From the NCBI GenBank assembly GCA_965209085.1, contig OZ242376.1, positions 1,504,001 to 1,568,000 of the forward strand: a DNA stretch of 64,000 nucleotides. Reading direction: 5' to 3'. The translations under genes and the position numbers were made by a program. The notes under the pieces were generated by a model that saw nothing but the letters and a program-made list of their open reading frames with translations, ran no database searches and was not told the DNA's origin. This stretch comes from Nitrosopumilaceae archaeon (lineage in GTDB: Archaea > Thermoproteota > Nitrososphaeria > Nitrososphaerales > Nitrosopumilaceae). This document shows positions 30,956 through 40,995 of the stretch, one piece after another (positions within the stretch are counted from its first letter, which is position 1; every line of letters starts with the position of its first letter).

Positions 30956-32359
30956 ATGTCCAAATACGAGGATCTTGTGGCAAGAATTCTAGAGCAAAAG
31001 AGCGATCAAAACCGCGAATCCCTAAATGAGCTGATAAAACAAAAAAAAGAGACCGTAGGTAAAGGGTATTTGCAGGACAAAGGTGCACTCTACCTTATAG
31101 CTGCTGACCTCAAAGTATCACTTGGCGAGCCCACTAATGATAGCATTGCCATAAAAGACATCTTTAGTGGAGCAAAAGATGTCTCACTTGAAACTCGCGT
31201 TTTAAACGTGGCAAAACCCAGACAGTTTTCACGCAAGGATGGCACAGAATTTCTTTTGAGAACAATGACAGTGTATGATAACGGCGGTACTGCCAGCGTA
31301 AAGCTGTGGGATGAGAAAGCAAACCTCCCAGGTATTGAAAACCTAAAACCTGGCGATTTGGTCAGAATAGTAAAGGCGTACGTCAAATCCGATCTTAGCG
31401 GTGCGCCAACCATAAACATCGGTTCAGGCTCATCAATAGAGCCCTCGGATTCACAAAGTGACATACGCGGAATTGATTCAATGTCAGTTGATGTTGGAAC
31501 GATAAAACAGCACGAGGAAAAAGATCTTGTGGTAACAGGAGCCGTGGACGGTCCTATTAGCACGATAAATTTTACAAATTCCAAAGGTCAGCCCGGCAAG
31601 GGATTAAAGATGAGGTTAAAGGGAAATGACGAATCTTTTATGCGCATTGTAGTGTGGGGTCAGGATGAATCAAACCTGCCTCCTGTAATATCACACGGCT
31701 CGGTTGCAAAATTAATCGGAGTTCGCACAAAGGAAAGCAAACAGGGCGGATTAGAGCTGCACGGTAACGAGGGAACTGCAATACAGGTTGATGGTTCGCA
31801 CGATATCCAGCCAATTACTGCAAGAATAATTTCAGTTTCAAAAACAAACGCGGGAAAACGCATGGTGCTGTGCGCGGATGCAAAAAAATCCATGATAAAA
31901 ATTGGCGATGATGCAAACATTACAGAACAGTTTGCGCCGGGGGATGTCATAGAATGCATGCCTTCAAGAATATACGGCAATTCAATAACGCTTGATTCAA
32001 GCTCCTTTGCAAGAAAAGTCGAAGATGCATCCCTGCCGAATATCTCAGATCTTCGCACGATGATATCAGAGATAAACATCTCGCATGAGAGCTGTTGCAT
32101 AGAGGCAATCATACTGCGCGTTCCGGATATACGCCCCATACAGACAAAAAATGGCGACACTATAGATTTGGCTGAAATGCTCGTAGAGGATGAAAGCGGA
32201 GAGATTTGGGTAAAGGGATGGCGAAATCAGGCACAGATTATAGGCTCATACTCTCAGGGAGAGATTATCTCCATAACTGACGTTGGAGCTAGGGCCGGAT
32301 TAGAGGGTAGAATAGAGCTCTCTTTGGGTCCGTTTGCCACAATTACCAAAAAATCCTAA
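30956..32359 (+). CDS. Replication protein A / multi-OB-fold ssDNA-binding protein
   Basis: Repeated OB motifs (TVYDNGGTASVKLWD, LVEDESGEIWVKGW). Confidence 0.85.
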   Translation: MSKYEDLVARILEQKSDQNRESLNELIKQKKETVGKGYLQDKGALYLIAADLKVSLGEPTNDSIAIKDIFSGAKDVSLETRVLNVAKPRQFSRKDGTEFLLRTMTVYDNGGTASVKLWDEKANLPGIENLKPGDLVRIVKAYVKSDLSGAPTINIGSGSSIEPSDSQSDIRGIDSMSVDVGTIKQHEEKDLVVTGAVDGPISTINFTNSKGQPGKGLKMRLKGNDESFMRIVVWGQDESNLPPVISHGSVAKLIGVRTKESKQGGLELHGNEGTAIQVDGSHDIQPITARIISVSKTNAGKRMVLCADAKKSMIKIGDDANITEQFAPGDVIECMPSRIYGNSITLDSSSFARKVEDASLPNISDLRTMISEINISHESCCIEAIILRVPDIRPIQTKNGDTIDLAEMLVEDESGEIWVKGWRNQAQIIGSYSQGEIISITDVGARAGLEGRIELSLGPFATITKKS

Positions 32360-35070
32360 TCGTTCCAAAAACCGCGCGTCATCACATATTGCCGTTCAGC
32401 CTCGTAAATCTGCTTGTACAATCCATCACCTGTCTCATCGACCATGTTGCGTAAAATTCTAGCTGCAGTATCAGGACCTATGCCGTATCCTGAAAGTACA
32501 GTCAGTGCTGTCACTCCAAAATTTTCCACCAGTGATGAGGCCTTCCATGCGCGCTCAAATTTGTGTTGCTCCTCAGAGGTCAGCTGTTTGCCTGCATGTT
32601 TTTTCTTTATTATTTTTGAAAGATCCGTATCGCTTTGAAACGTAGAGGTAATTTGAGAGCCCCTGCAGTATGGACAGAATAGTTTTCTTTTTTGGCGCGC
32701 CTGCAAAAGATCCGTTGTTCTCTCCCACTTGCCGCACCTGGCGCATATCAGGCGGAAAGTTGTTTTTTCAAGTCTTTTTTTTATCTGATCCAGTACCGCA
32801 TTATCAATGCTTGCAGGTGCTGAATAATATTTAGATGCGTGATCCAATATGGGTTCGGCAAGCGCGGAGAATTTTTTCACTTCCATCCAAACCAAATGTA
32901 TTTTTCCCAAACGCATCATATCTATGATTTTTTTTGTCCCAGGTATGTCGAATTTGTCATGATACAGCTCGCGCAGTGCCTCGCGTATAATCGGTGTTTT
33001 TGAATACCGCTCGCATAAAAATCTGGCAGATCTGCGCTCGTAAATGGCCTTTCTTTCAACGATGCCGAATTTTTTACATACAGACCAAGTCTTCCAGTTT
33101 ATGTTGTGCGTTCCCTGCAGCGATGTTGCAATTACCTCGTCAATGTCGTATTTGGCATGCAGTGCTCCGTTGAGTAAATCCTCGCTCAGCCGCGAATTTG
33201 AAGAAAAAACTATCCGGTATGCATCAGAGCGCGACTCTACTGAATATCCCAAAATGGAGGATAATAAAGAGGAGAGCAGTGAGGAGAGTGTATTGTTGAT
33301 GCGCGTTCCAAAACAACAGTGAAGCACAACTGTCCCATCCAATCTGTGCGATTCAGCACATATTGAATTTTCATCAGATACAAACTCTGGCGGCAGGGTG
33401 GGCATATTTGCCATATTTTTTGTGCGAAAATGTCCAACTTTATTGGCGGTGCGCGCATCAACTGGGATAAGCTCGCCCTCCCAGTATGGAACAGTCATGG
33501 TTTTGGCGCGGTATGGCTCAACATTTACGCTAAGAGCTTTTTCATCGACGTTCATTATGCGCCAATGCAGACCCTTTAGGACAAAGACGTTGCCGTTTTC
33601 CCCGTAATCGCCTATGAAACGCTGATCCAACGAACCTATCGGTTTTTTGCCCACAGTGTCAAATACCCGGAACCGGAGAATGTCTGGAATTGTTGAGAGG
33701 TTTTCATAGTGGTAGCGGTACGATTTGCCTTCCTTGTGATACAGCATCAAATCTTTGTCAAAATATACAAGATAGCTCTCATCGAGCATCTCCAGTACGG
33801 CGCAAATGTCCTCTTCTTTTATCGAGCGGAAAGGGTATGCGGCAGAAACTATATCCAGTGCGCGCTTTACTGTAACCTCGCCAAACTGCATGGTAAGACC
33901 CACCAGATGATGCGCTACAACATCCAAGGGTCCCTCATGAATCCTTTGCTCCTCCATCGAGCGCTCCTGTACACGCTCAAGTATTGCGCGCACCTCTAGC
34001 TCATCATCATAGCTGTTTACAACCACCAGTCCTTGCGCTGACGAGTTTATGTTGTGCCTGCTACGCCCTATGCGCTGTACCAGCTTTGAGACCTGCCGGG
34101 GCGAGCCGTAGTGTATTACAAGCTCGACAGACCCCACGTCAAGTCCAAGCTCCAGTGATGAGGTGCAGACAGTTATTCCCATCTTGCCTGCCTGCAAGGA
34201 TGCCTCTGCATCCTGCCGTACTTCCTTTGATAGTGAGCCATGATGCAAATCGATTGGTATCTGGGATTTTTCTTTTAAAATTGAAGCAAGCATTTCAGAT
34301 TCCCCGCGCGTGTTTACAAATAACAGAATTGGCGTCTTTAGGTCTAAATTTGTCACGTATTTTATTATAAATTCTGCAATTTCTGGAATTTTGCCGTTTA
34401 CATGCTGCACGTCAATGTCGTATTTTCTCATGGTAGTATCCTGCAGAATCTGACATTTACGGTGGGCACCGGATACAAATTTTGAAGCCTCTGTAGGATT
34501 TCCCACTGTAGCAGAAAGTCCTATGCGGGTCAGATTCTTTGCAGTGTTAACTGAGAGCCTCTCAAGACTTATGGCAAGCTGTGAGCCGCGTTTATTTGAG
34601 ATCAGCTCGTGCACCTCGTCAATTACCACCCACTCTAATTGGGATAACGCATCAAGCATTTTTGGCTGGCTTAGTAATATGACCAGCGATTCTGGAGTGG
34701 TTACAAGCACATCCGGCGGTGAGAGTGAGATTTTACGGCGTACGCTTTGGGTTGTGTCCCCGTGCCGTATCTGCATGCTCAGCCCATCGCGCTCCGCATA
34801 GTCGCGTATGCGCCTGAAAATATCCCGGTTTAACGCCCTGAGAGGAGTGATGTATAGTGCCTTTATTCTGCCGTTGCCGCGCGCGGAATTTTTTATGTGT
34901 GCAAATATTGGCACAATTGAGCATTCAGTTTTGCCCGAACCTGTGGGAGCCATTACAAGCGAATCTTTTTTGAGAAATATTTCAGGCGAAGCTATTTTTT
35001 GTATTGTTGTAAGATGCTCAAATCCATGCAGACGGAATTCTTTTTCAAGCGCCTTGTTTGACACTGTCAT
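32356..35070 (-). CDS. Lhr-like SF2 DEAD/DEAH helicase with a C-terminal Zn finger
   Basis: APTGSGKT, DEVH, SAT, SSLELGLDVG, QRIGRS. Confidence 0.93.
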   Translation of the reverse strand: MTVSNKALEKEFRLHGFEHLTTIQKIASPEIFLKKDSLVMAPTGSGKTECSIVPIFAHIKNSARGNGRIKALYITPLRALNRDIFRRIRDYAERDGLSMQIRHGDTTQSVRRKISLSPPDVLVTTPESLVILLSQPKMLDALSQLEWVVIDEVHELISNKRGSQLAISLERLSVNTAKNLTRIGLSATVGNPTEASKFVSGAHRKCQILQDTTMRKYDIDVQHVNGKIPEIAEFIIKYVTNLDLKTPILLFVNTRGESEMLASILKEKSQIPIDLHHGSLSKEVRQDAEASLQAGKMGITVCTSSLELGLDVGSVELVIHYGSPRQVSKLVQRIGRSRHNINSSAQGLVVVNSYDDELEVRAILERVQERSMEEQRIHEGPLDVVAHHLVGLTMQFGEVTVKRALDIVSAAYPFRSIKEEDICAVLEMLDESYLVYFDKDLMLYHKEGKSYRYHYENLSTIPDILRFRVFDTVGKKPIGSLDQRFIGDYGENGNVFVLKGLHWRIMNVDEKALSVNVEPYRAKTMTVPYWEGELIPVDARTANKVGHFRTKNMANMPTLPPEFVSDENSICAESHRLDGTVVLHCCFGTRINNTLSSLLSSLLSSILGYSVESRSDAYRIVFSSNSRLSEDLLNGALHAKYDIDEVIATSLQGTHNINWKTWSVCKKFGIVERKAIYERRSARFLCERYSKTPIIREALRELYHDKFDIPGTKKIIDMMRLGKIHLVWMEVKKFSALAEPILDHASKYYSAPASIDNAVLDQIKKRLEKTTFRLICARCGKWERTTDLLQARQKRKLFCPYCRGSQITSTFQSDTDLSKIIKKKHAGKQLTSEEQHKFERAWKASSLVENFGVTALTVLSGYGIGPDTAARILRNMVDETGDGLYKQIYEAERQYVMTRGFWND

Positions 35071-35191
35071 TTTTTTCACTCGTCAGTTTCAGTCTTGCCC
35101 TCTCATATACCATGGCACATACTATGCCTGCTGCAAACAAGACAACAACTATTGTCGAGATGGAGTCAAAATAATCTACCAATACGTGCAT
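35045..35191 (-). CDS. Possible 48-aa single-TM protein
   Basis: Manual translation MHVLVDYFDSISTIVVVLFAAGIVCAMVYERARLK...; fills the gap between the RadB-like gene and lhr. Confidence 0.45.
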   Translation of the reverse strand: MHVLVDYFDSISTIVVVLFAAGIVCAMVYERARLKLTSEKNDSVKQGA

Positions 35192-35205
35192 TTAATTTTA
35201 CGTGG

Positions 35206-35880
35206 TTAAAAAGATTGGGATTTACATACGTTAGTGCGCGCATCGTAAACCCCTTTTTTTGATATCTCATACTCGAATTCATATCTGCCATTTACAGTTT
35301 CCACCGTTCCGCGACGGGGAACGTTATCTGCAGGTCTTTCAATTAAACAAATTCTTGCATGCGTGAACGGACTTGTTGCCCCATACATGTTTTCAAACGT
35401 GCGATCATTTGCGCTCCTTACCATATTTGTAATTATTACCGGAATATTGAGACTGTATGAAAGATCCGCAAGTTTTCTTGCATACTGCATAAACGCAATA
35501 TTTTTTTCCCGTGACTGCTCTATCAGTTTGTATTCAAATGCAAACAGATCTGTCACCCCGTCCACTATAATTAACGAGGTATCATCAGGTATGGTAGAGA
35601 TTGCATCAATTTGCTCTGACGTGTTTCTCAAATGCCGTACGCCGATATGTTCGAGTATTTCAGAATTGTTATCACGGCTCATATCTACAATACGTTCTGG
35701 TCTAAAACCTCCCGTGGCATCATGGTATGTGATTTTGCCCATTATGGCAGCATTTACGCAAAACTGCATGGCAAGCTGAGTCTTTCCTGATCCTGCAGGT
35801 CCAAAGATATCAGTAATTGTTCCGTCCCGTATTCCACCCCCTAGTATTTTATCCACCAAACTAATTCCCGATGATATCAA
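35206..35880 (-). CDS. RadB/RecA-like ATPase
   Basis: LGGGIRDG, GPAGSGKTQ, FRPERI, LIIVDG. Confidence 0.88.
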   Translation of the reverse strand: MISSGISLVDKILGGGIRDGTITDIFGPAGSGKTQLAMQFCVNAAIMGKITYHDATGGFRPERIVDMSRDNNSEILEHIGVRHLRNTSEQIDAISTIPDDTSLIIVDGVTDLFAFEYKLIEQSREKNIAFMQYARKLADLSYSLNIPVIITNMVRSANDRTFENMYGATSPFTHARICLIERPADNVPRRGTVETVNGRYEFEYEISKKGVYDARTNVCKSQSF

Positions 35881-36029
35881 GACGATCGGTTATGTAATTT
35901 GGCATGTTGAAATTAAATGAATCTTTTAGAATTGCGCATAAAATATCATACGTGCAGTAAAATGCCGGATAATCAGTTAAAGCAAGGCTTTTATCCTAGA
36001 ATATAGCGGTTGGATCGAGTGATCAGCCG

Positions 36030-36272
36030 ATGTCGCAATCAGGTGCAAAAAGACCTTTAACAACTTTGCAAAAAAATACTGGAAAATTCGTTAGTATACG
36101 TCTCAAAAACGGGGTAGAATACAAGGGTAAAATGGAGAGTGTTGACATGTACATGAACCTGATAATGACAGAGGCTGAAGAGATACACGGCGGCAAAGTT
36201 GCAGAAAAGTTTGGTCGCGTCATATTGCGCGGAAATAATGTTCTTTTTGTAAAAATAGAAGACGATCTGTAA
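36030..36272 (+). CDS. Sm/Lsm RNA-binding protein
   Basis: Sm1 DMYMNL and Sm2 ILRGNNV. Confidence 0.93.
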   Translation: MSQSGAKRPLTTLQKNTGKFVSIRLKNGVEYKGKMESVDMYMNLIMTEAEEIHGGKVAEKFGRVILRGNNVLFVKIEDDL

Positions 36273-36287
36273 TGTGTGACATTACAT

Positions 36288-37454
36288 ATGGCTAAAAATT
36301 TCTTATTTACGTCTGAATCGGTAACTGAGGGTCATCCAGACAAAATATGCGATCGTATATCTGATGCATTTTTGGACGAATATCTCAGAGGAGATCCTGA
36401 TTCAAGGGTGGCCGTGGAGACCATGGTGACCACTAATTTCATAGCGGTTGCCGGCGAGGTAACCTCAAAAACGGAACTAGATGAGAAAGCACAGGAAGAT
36501 CTAGTACGTAAAACTGTAAGAGAGATAGGATACGACAATGATGATTTAAAATTCAATGCAGACACATGCAAGGTGGAGCTGCGGCTTCATTCCCAAAGTC
36601 CGGACATCAGTCAGGGTGTTACAGCTTCGGCCTCAAAAGAACAAGGGGCAGGAGATCAGGGCCTAATGTTTGGGTATGCTACAAATGAAACAGACGAGCT
36701 GATGCCGCTTCCCATAATCATGGCACACAAGCTCACAAGAAAACTTGCAGAGGTACGCAAATCCGGCAAAGTTGAATGGATACGACCTGACGGCAAATCC
36801 CAAGTTTCTGTCCAGTACAAAGACGGACGTCCAGAGAAGATAATTACAATCGTTGTCTCGGCCCAGCACGCTCCAAATGTTACAAGTGATGAGATAGAAA
36901 AAACCATAATTGCAAAAGTGATAAAACCCGTATGCGGCAAGTGGTGGCACGATGGGATAAAAATATACATAAATCCCACGGGAAAATTTGAAATTGGTGG
37001 TCCTCACGGAGATGCCGGACTGACCGGCAGGAAGATCATTGTGGATACGTACGGCGGTTTTGGACGTCACGGGGGCGGTGCTTTTTCAGGTAAAGATCCC
37101 TCAAAGGTGGACAGATCAGCTTGTTACATGTGCAGATATGTGGCAAAGAACATTGTTGCCGCAGGATTAGCGGACAGGTGTGAAGTCCAGGTTGCATATG
37201 CAATCGGGGTGGCAAAACCCATATCCCTCATGATAAACACGTTTGATACTTACAAAGTGGACGAAAAAATTATAGAAGATTTGACAAGAGAGCATTTTGA
37301 TATGAGACCTCTTGGAATAATTACCCGTCTAGACCTGAAAAGACCCGTATATGGAGCCACGTCAGCCTATGGTCATTTTGGCAGAAACGAACCTGAATTT
37401 ACATGGGAAAAGACGGACATGGCGGACAAATTACGCAAAGCTGCAGGCATTTAG
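36288..37454 (+). CDS. metK: S-adenosylmethionine synthetase, bacterial/eukaryotic type
   Basis: [33 protein letters not shown]. Confidence 0.97.
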   Translation: MAKNFLFTSESVTEGHPDKICDRISDAFLDEYLRGDPDSRVAVETMVTTNFIAVAGEVTSKTELDEKAQEDLVRKTVREIGYDNDDLKFNADTCKVELRLHSQSPDISQGVTASASKEQGAGDQGLMFGYATNETDELMPLPIIMAHKLTRKLAEVRKSGKVEWIRPDGKSQVSVQYKDGRPEKIITIVVSAQHAPNVTSDEIEKTIIAKVIKPVCGKWWHDGIKIYINPTGKFEIGGPHGDAGLTGRKIIVDTYGGFGRHGGGAFSGKDPSKVDRSACYMCRYVAKNIVAAGLADRCEVQVAYAIGVAKPISLMINTFDTYKVDEKIIEDLTREHFDMRPLGIITRLDLKRPVYGATSAYGHFGRNEPEFTWEKTDMADKLRKAAGI

Positions 37455-38303
37455 CATTTCATCAATGTTAGCAAGGCGTTTTTTATACAGTTTTTTGAGT
37501 GGTTTTACATCTCCGGTATAATCTCCCACCATTATGCACAAATCATCAAGGCCAAATTTTCCCATGCCTCTTACCGCAAGGCGATATTCATCCTCTAGGT
37601 TTGTTTTTACAATATATTTTCCAAGTCCGGCTTTTTTGACAAAATCTTGAAACGATACAATTTCCAAACCTGCCAAATCTAGAGTTTTTTTAGAATATTT
37701 TTCCAAGGTGGCAGCATCCAAGAGTATGCTGCAGGCGTCCAGGATGTATATTGGTTGCATTCTGTATTTGCCAGAGCCTGGAATTATTATGCGTCCGTTT
37801 TTCTTTTGTTTTTTTATGTTTCTAGCAAGAGCGTCACCGCGTCCCATTATGTACGATGGTCGAAATATCACATAATCCAACCCCGATTTGCGTACGATTT
37901 GTTCTGCCTGATATTTGGATATGAAGTATCCCGTGGTAGATTTTGCAGAAGCTCCAAGACCGCTGTTGTATACGAATCGTTTTATTCCCGCCTTGATGCA
38001 TAATTCTGTCATTTTTTTTGTCAGATTTACGTTGGAAGTATAATAATCCGAATCAACGCTTTGTATTCCCGAACCTGCAAGATGCACCATTGCCGTACAA
38101 TTTTTTAACATTGGTAAAATTTTATCCAGATCATAATCAGGAGAGATTATTTTTGTTTCCCCTGAATGTACGGTAAGATTTTTTCGCGCCAGACAGATCA
38201 CCTGCATGCCAGCATTGCCAAGTATTCGGCGCAGATTTTTTGCCACATAGCCGTTTGCTCCAGTTACAACAATTTTTTCATCTCTGGCAGTTTTATGTTT
38301 CAT
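37431..38303 (-). CDS. NAD-dependent epimerase/dehydratase (extended SDR)
   Basis: [13 protein letters not shown]. Confidence 0.85.
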   Translation of the reverse strand: MKHKTARDEKIVVTGANGYVAKNLRRILGNAGMQVICLARKNLTVHSGETKIISPDYDLDKILPMLKNCTAMVHLAGSGIQSVDSDYYTSNVNLTKKMTELCIKAGIKRFVYNSGLGASAKSTTGYFISKYQAEQIVRKSGLDYVIFRPSYIMGRGDALARNIKKQKKNGRIIIPGSGKYRMQPIYILDACSILLDAATLEKYSKKTLDLAGLEIVSFQDFVKKAGLGKYIVKTNLEDEYRLAVRGMGKFGLDDLCIMVGDYTGDVKPLKKLYKKRLANIDEMLNACSFA

Positions 38304-38399
38304 ATCAAAAGACTATCCATGTCACGTTTAAACAGTATGACAATTTACATCAATCCTTCAAAAATAGATTGTGTGTAAAAGAATCAAGTGTAAAAATCA

Positions 38400-38627
38400 C
38401 TAGCTGAAAATTTGTTTTTTAAATACCAATTGTTTTACCTTACCCAGTGCAAATATCCACGCAATTATCAATGCTGTTGCGCCCAATATTTTGAGGGCGG
38501 CAGTAGCTGGACCGTCAATATTCCCGTATCCTGAAATCGATATAGAGCCTATAATGTACACTGCGATGGCGCCAGCTAAAAGTATCATGGCCCACATTAT
38601 GAGTAAAAATACGACAATTGTACGCAT
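38400..38627 (-). CDS. Small two-TM membrane protein
   Basis: Two hydrophobic stretches; co-oriented with its neighbours. Confidence 0.6.
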   Translation of the reverse strand: MRTIVVFLLIMWAMILLAGAIAVYIIGSISISGYGNIDGPATAALKILGATALIIAWIFALGKVKQLVFKKQIFS

Positions 38628-38632
38628 GCCGC

Positions 38633-39643
38633 TCACGATAATTTCACCAGCATCATAAATGTAGTAACAACGGCCATACATCCGGACAATGTGGCAAGAG
38701 AAAGTAGTATTTTTACCAATTGTGCGTCAGTTTTTGGTTTGCTTCCGGCAAGAATTATGCTGACCAGTGAGGGAATTGCTCCTTTTTCAGAGGTGGCAAA
38801 AATTTTAAAATCTTTGGTAAGTGCTACTGATTCTTTTTTTATTTTTCTGTATTCCATGATACGTTTTGTTGCAGACAAAAACAAAAACGAATTTACAATA
38901 GCCGGAAGCATGGCCACAGCAGCTATAATTTCCACTCCGCCAACTAGGGCAATTGCACCGTATGCAGCACCCAAAGCAAGAGCTCCGGAATCACCTGGGA
39001 AGATAAGGCATGGTATTTTATGAAATCTATAGTATGCGACAGATGTGGCAACTAGTATGGCAGAAGCTGTTGCAACTTCGTAATTTTGCAGTATGATGAG
39101 TGAGATGGTCAGTGCAGCAGATGCAATTGCAACAAAAGCGCTGGCCAGACCGCCGAATATGTCTATAGAGTTTACAGTGTTGCCCATCAGTACGATTGCA
39201 ATTATTGCCACTCCGCCATATAAAATCGGCACATGTATGCTTCCAAACAATGGGAATGCCAAATCGGTTCCATACGATCCTAATGCAATAAGCGGAATAG
39301 CTGCAACTGCTAGTGTAAGCGGTTTAAACCATCCACCCATTCTCTTTAGATCGTCCACCAAACCCGCTACAAAGGCAATGATTGTGGTTGCCAATACTGC
39401 AATTATCCAATCCTGATGCAAAAATGCATACAAAATAAGACATCCTACTGTAATGCCAGACATAATAGCAGGTCCGCCCGGACGTGGCACCATTACATTG
39501 CCTGGTGCGTGTGCATTTGGAACTGTTATTTTTTTGTTATTCAACCATCGTATCAATAAAGGCGTAAATGCGTACACTATTCCAAAGGCAGAAACGCATG
39601 AGATGGCTGCGGTGACAACTGCATAATAGTCATACACAATCAT
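38633..39643 (-). CDS. MraY/GPT-family polyprenyl-phosphate HexNAc-1-P transferase (AglH-like)
   Basis: VPRPGG, GLVDD, NTVNSID, IFPGDSG; multi-TM. Confidence 0.88.
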   Translation of the reverse strand: MIVYDYYAVVTAAISCVSAFGIVYAFTPLLIRWLNNKKITVPNAHAPGNVMVPRPGGPAIMSGITVGCLILYAFLHQDWIIAVLATTIIAFVAGLVDDLKRMGGWFKPLTLAVAAIPLIALGSYGTDLAFPLFGSIHVPILYGGVAIIAIVLMGNTVNSIDIFGGLASAFVAIASAALTISLIILQNYEVATASAILVATSVAYYRFHKIPCLIFPGDSGALALGAAYGAIALVGGVEIIAAVAMLPAIVNSFLFLSATKRIMEYRKIKKESVALTKDFKIFATSEKGAIPSLVSIILAGSKPKTDAQLVKILLSLATLSGCMAVVTTFMMLVKLS

Positions 39644-39733
39644 GGTTCATAATCCTAGTACTTTATGTTATACCGTATATTTTTTGATTATCAGCTTAAC
39701 GTTTAAATAATAAATAGAAATTTTTTTAGCGAA

Positions 39734-40762
39734 ATGAAAATATGGATGGATATACTTACCCCAAAAGAAGTAAAATTCTTCAAACCTATGGCAGAAAAAT
39801 TATCAAAAAAACATACGGTGCTATGTACATCACGTATCTATAAAGAAAGCAACTCTCTTGCAAATCTGATTAAATTCAAAACAACGATTGTAGGGCGTCA
39901 CGGAGGAGGGACAAAAATAGGAAAAATGGAAGCTGCAATTGAAAGAATGGGTCTGCTCACAAAAAAAATGAAGAAATATTCACCGGATCTTTTGATTAGT
40001 TTTTGCTCTGTAGATGCGGCACGCGTGGCATATGGACTTGGGATAAAACACATTGCATTTTCTGATATGCCACATGCATACATACAAATGAATCTGACAC
40101 TTCCTCTTTGCGACAAGCTTCTTACACCTTACATATATACAAAAAAATCATTTGCAAAATACGGCATAGAGCCGCGCAACATTATACAATACAATGCCAT
40201 TGATTCAGCATTTACCAACAAATACAAGTTTAACAGTGCAGTACCGCGTGTCGATAAATCAAAAAAAGTCATAATGATACGAATGGCAGAAGATCAGGCC
40301 GCATACATGCCAAACATCAATTATATGCACATTGTACGTGCAATAGTTAAAAAATTTGAATCTGAAAACGTACTTGTATTGTCGCGGTACAAGGAACAAA
40401 CTGCAAAATTATTCAAAGTGCTAGGTAAAAAAGCTAGAATCATAGACATGAAGTATGATGGTAAAGCATTATTGGAAATGTGCGATGTATTTGTAGGATC
40501 AGGCGGAACCATGACGGCAGAGGCTGCATTTATGGGAATACCTAGTGTTCATATGGAAATATTTGGAAAAGAGCCTCACATTATCTATTTAACAAAGAAA
40601 AAACTGCTAAAAGGTGCATCCACGCCATCATCCATGATTTCAATTATACAACATCTTTTACAAGAACCAAGATCAAAATATGAAAAACGAGCAAAAGCTA
40701 TAACATCCGGCATGACGGATCCGTATGATGTTTTGGTTAAAACCATAAACATGTTATTTTAA
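39734..40762 (+). CDS. DUF354 GT-B-like protein
   Basis: MKIWMDILTPK, VGRHGGG, GSGGTMTAEAA. Confidence 0.85.
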   Translation: MKIWMDILTPKEVKFFKPMAEKLSKKHTVLCTSRIYKESNSLANLIKFKTTIVGRHGGGTKIGKMEAAIERMGLLTKKMKKYSPDLLISFCSVDAARVAYGLGIKHIAFSDMPHAYIQMNLTLPLCDKLLTPYIYTKKSFAKYGIEPRNIIQYNAIDSAFTNKYKFNSAVPRVDKSKKVIMIRMAEDQAAYMPNINYMHIVRAIVKKFESENVLVLSRYKEQTAKLFKVLGKKARIIDMKYDGKALLEMCDVFVGSGGTMTAEAAFMGIPSVHMEIFGKEPHIIYLTKKKLLKGASTPSSMISIIQHLLQEPRSKYEKRAKAITSGMTDPYDVLVKTINMLF

Positions 40763-40995
40763 ATCACGGATATGCGCACAAATTTCGGATCAAAATACTA
40801 TGAAATTTATCATAAATGTCGTATCAAAAATATGATGTAAAACTTGAATTATCACTACAGGAGATATCTTTCCAGTTATTCGCTAGATACGGATTATATG
40901 CAGGATGTATATGCTCTAATTGTAATAATTCGTGCCTGCGTAAACGTGTATTTTCTTCCAAACCGTTAAAAACTAGACATATTGACGCATGGTAA

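Noticed and set aside
36288-37454. Bacterial-type MetK in an archaeon as a recent transfer
   Set aside because: To my knowledge usual for this lineage, and it sits among core genes with ordinary composition.
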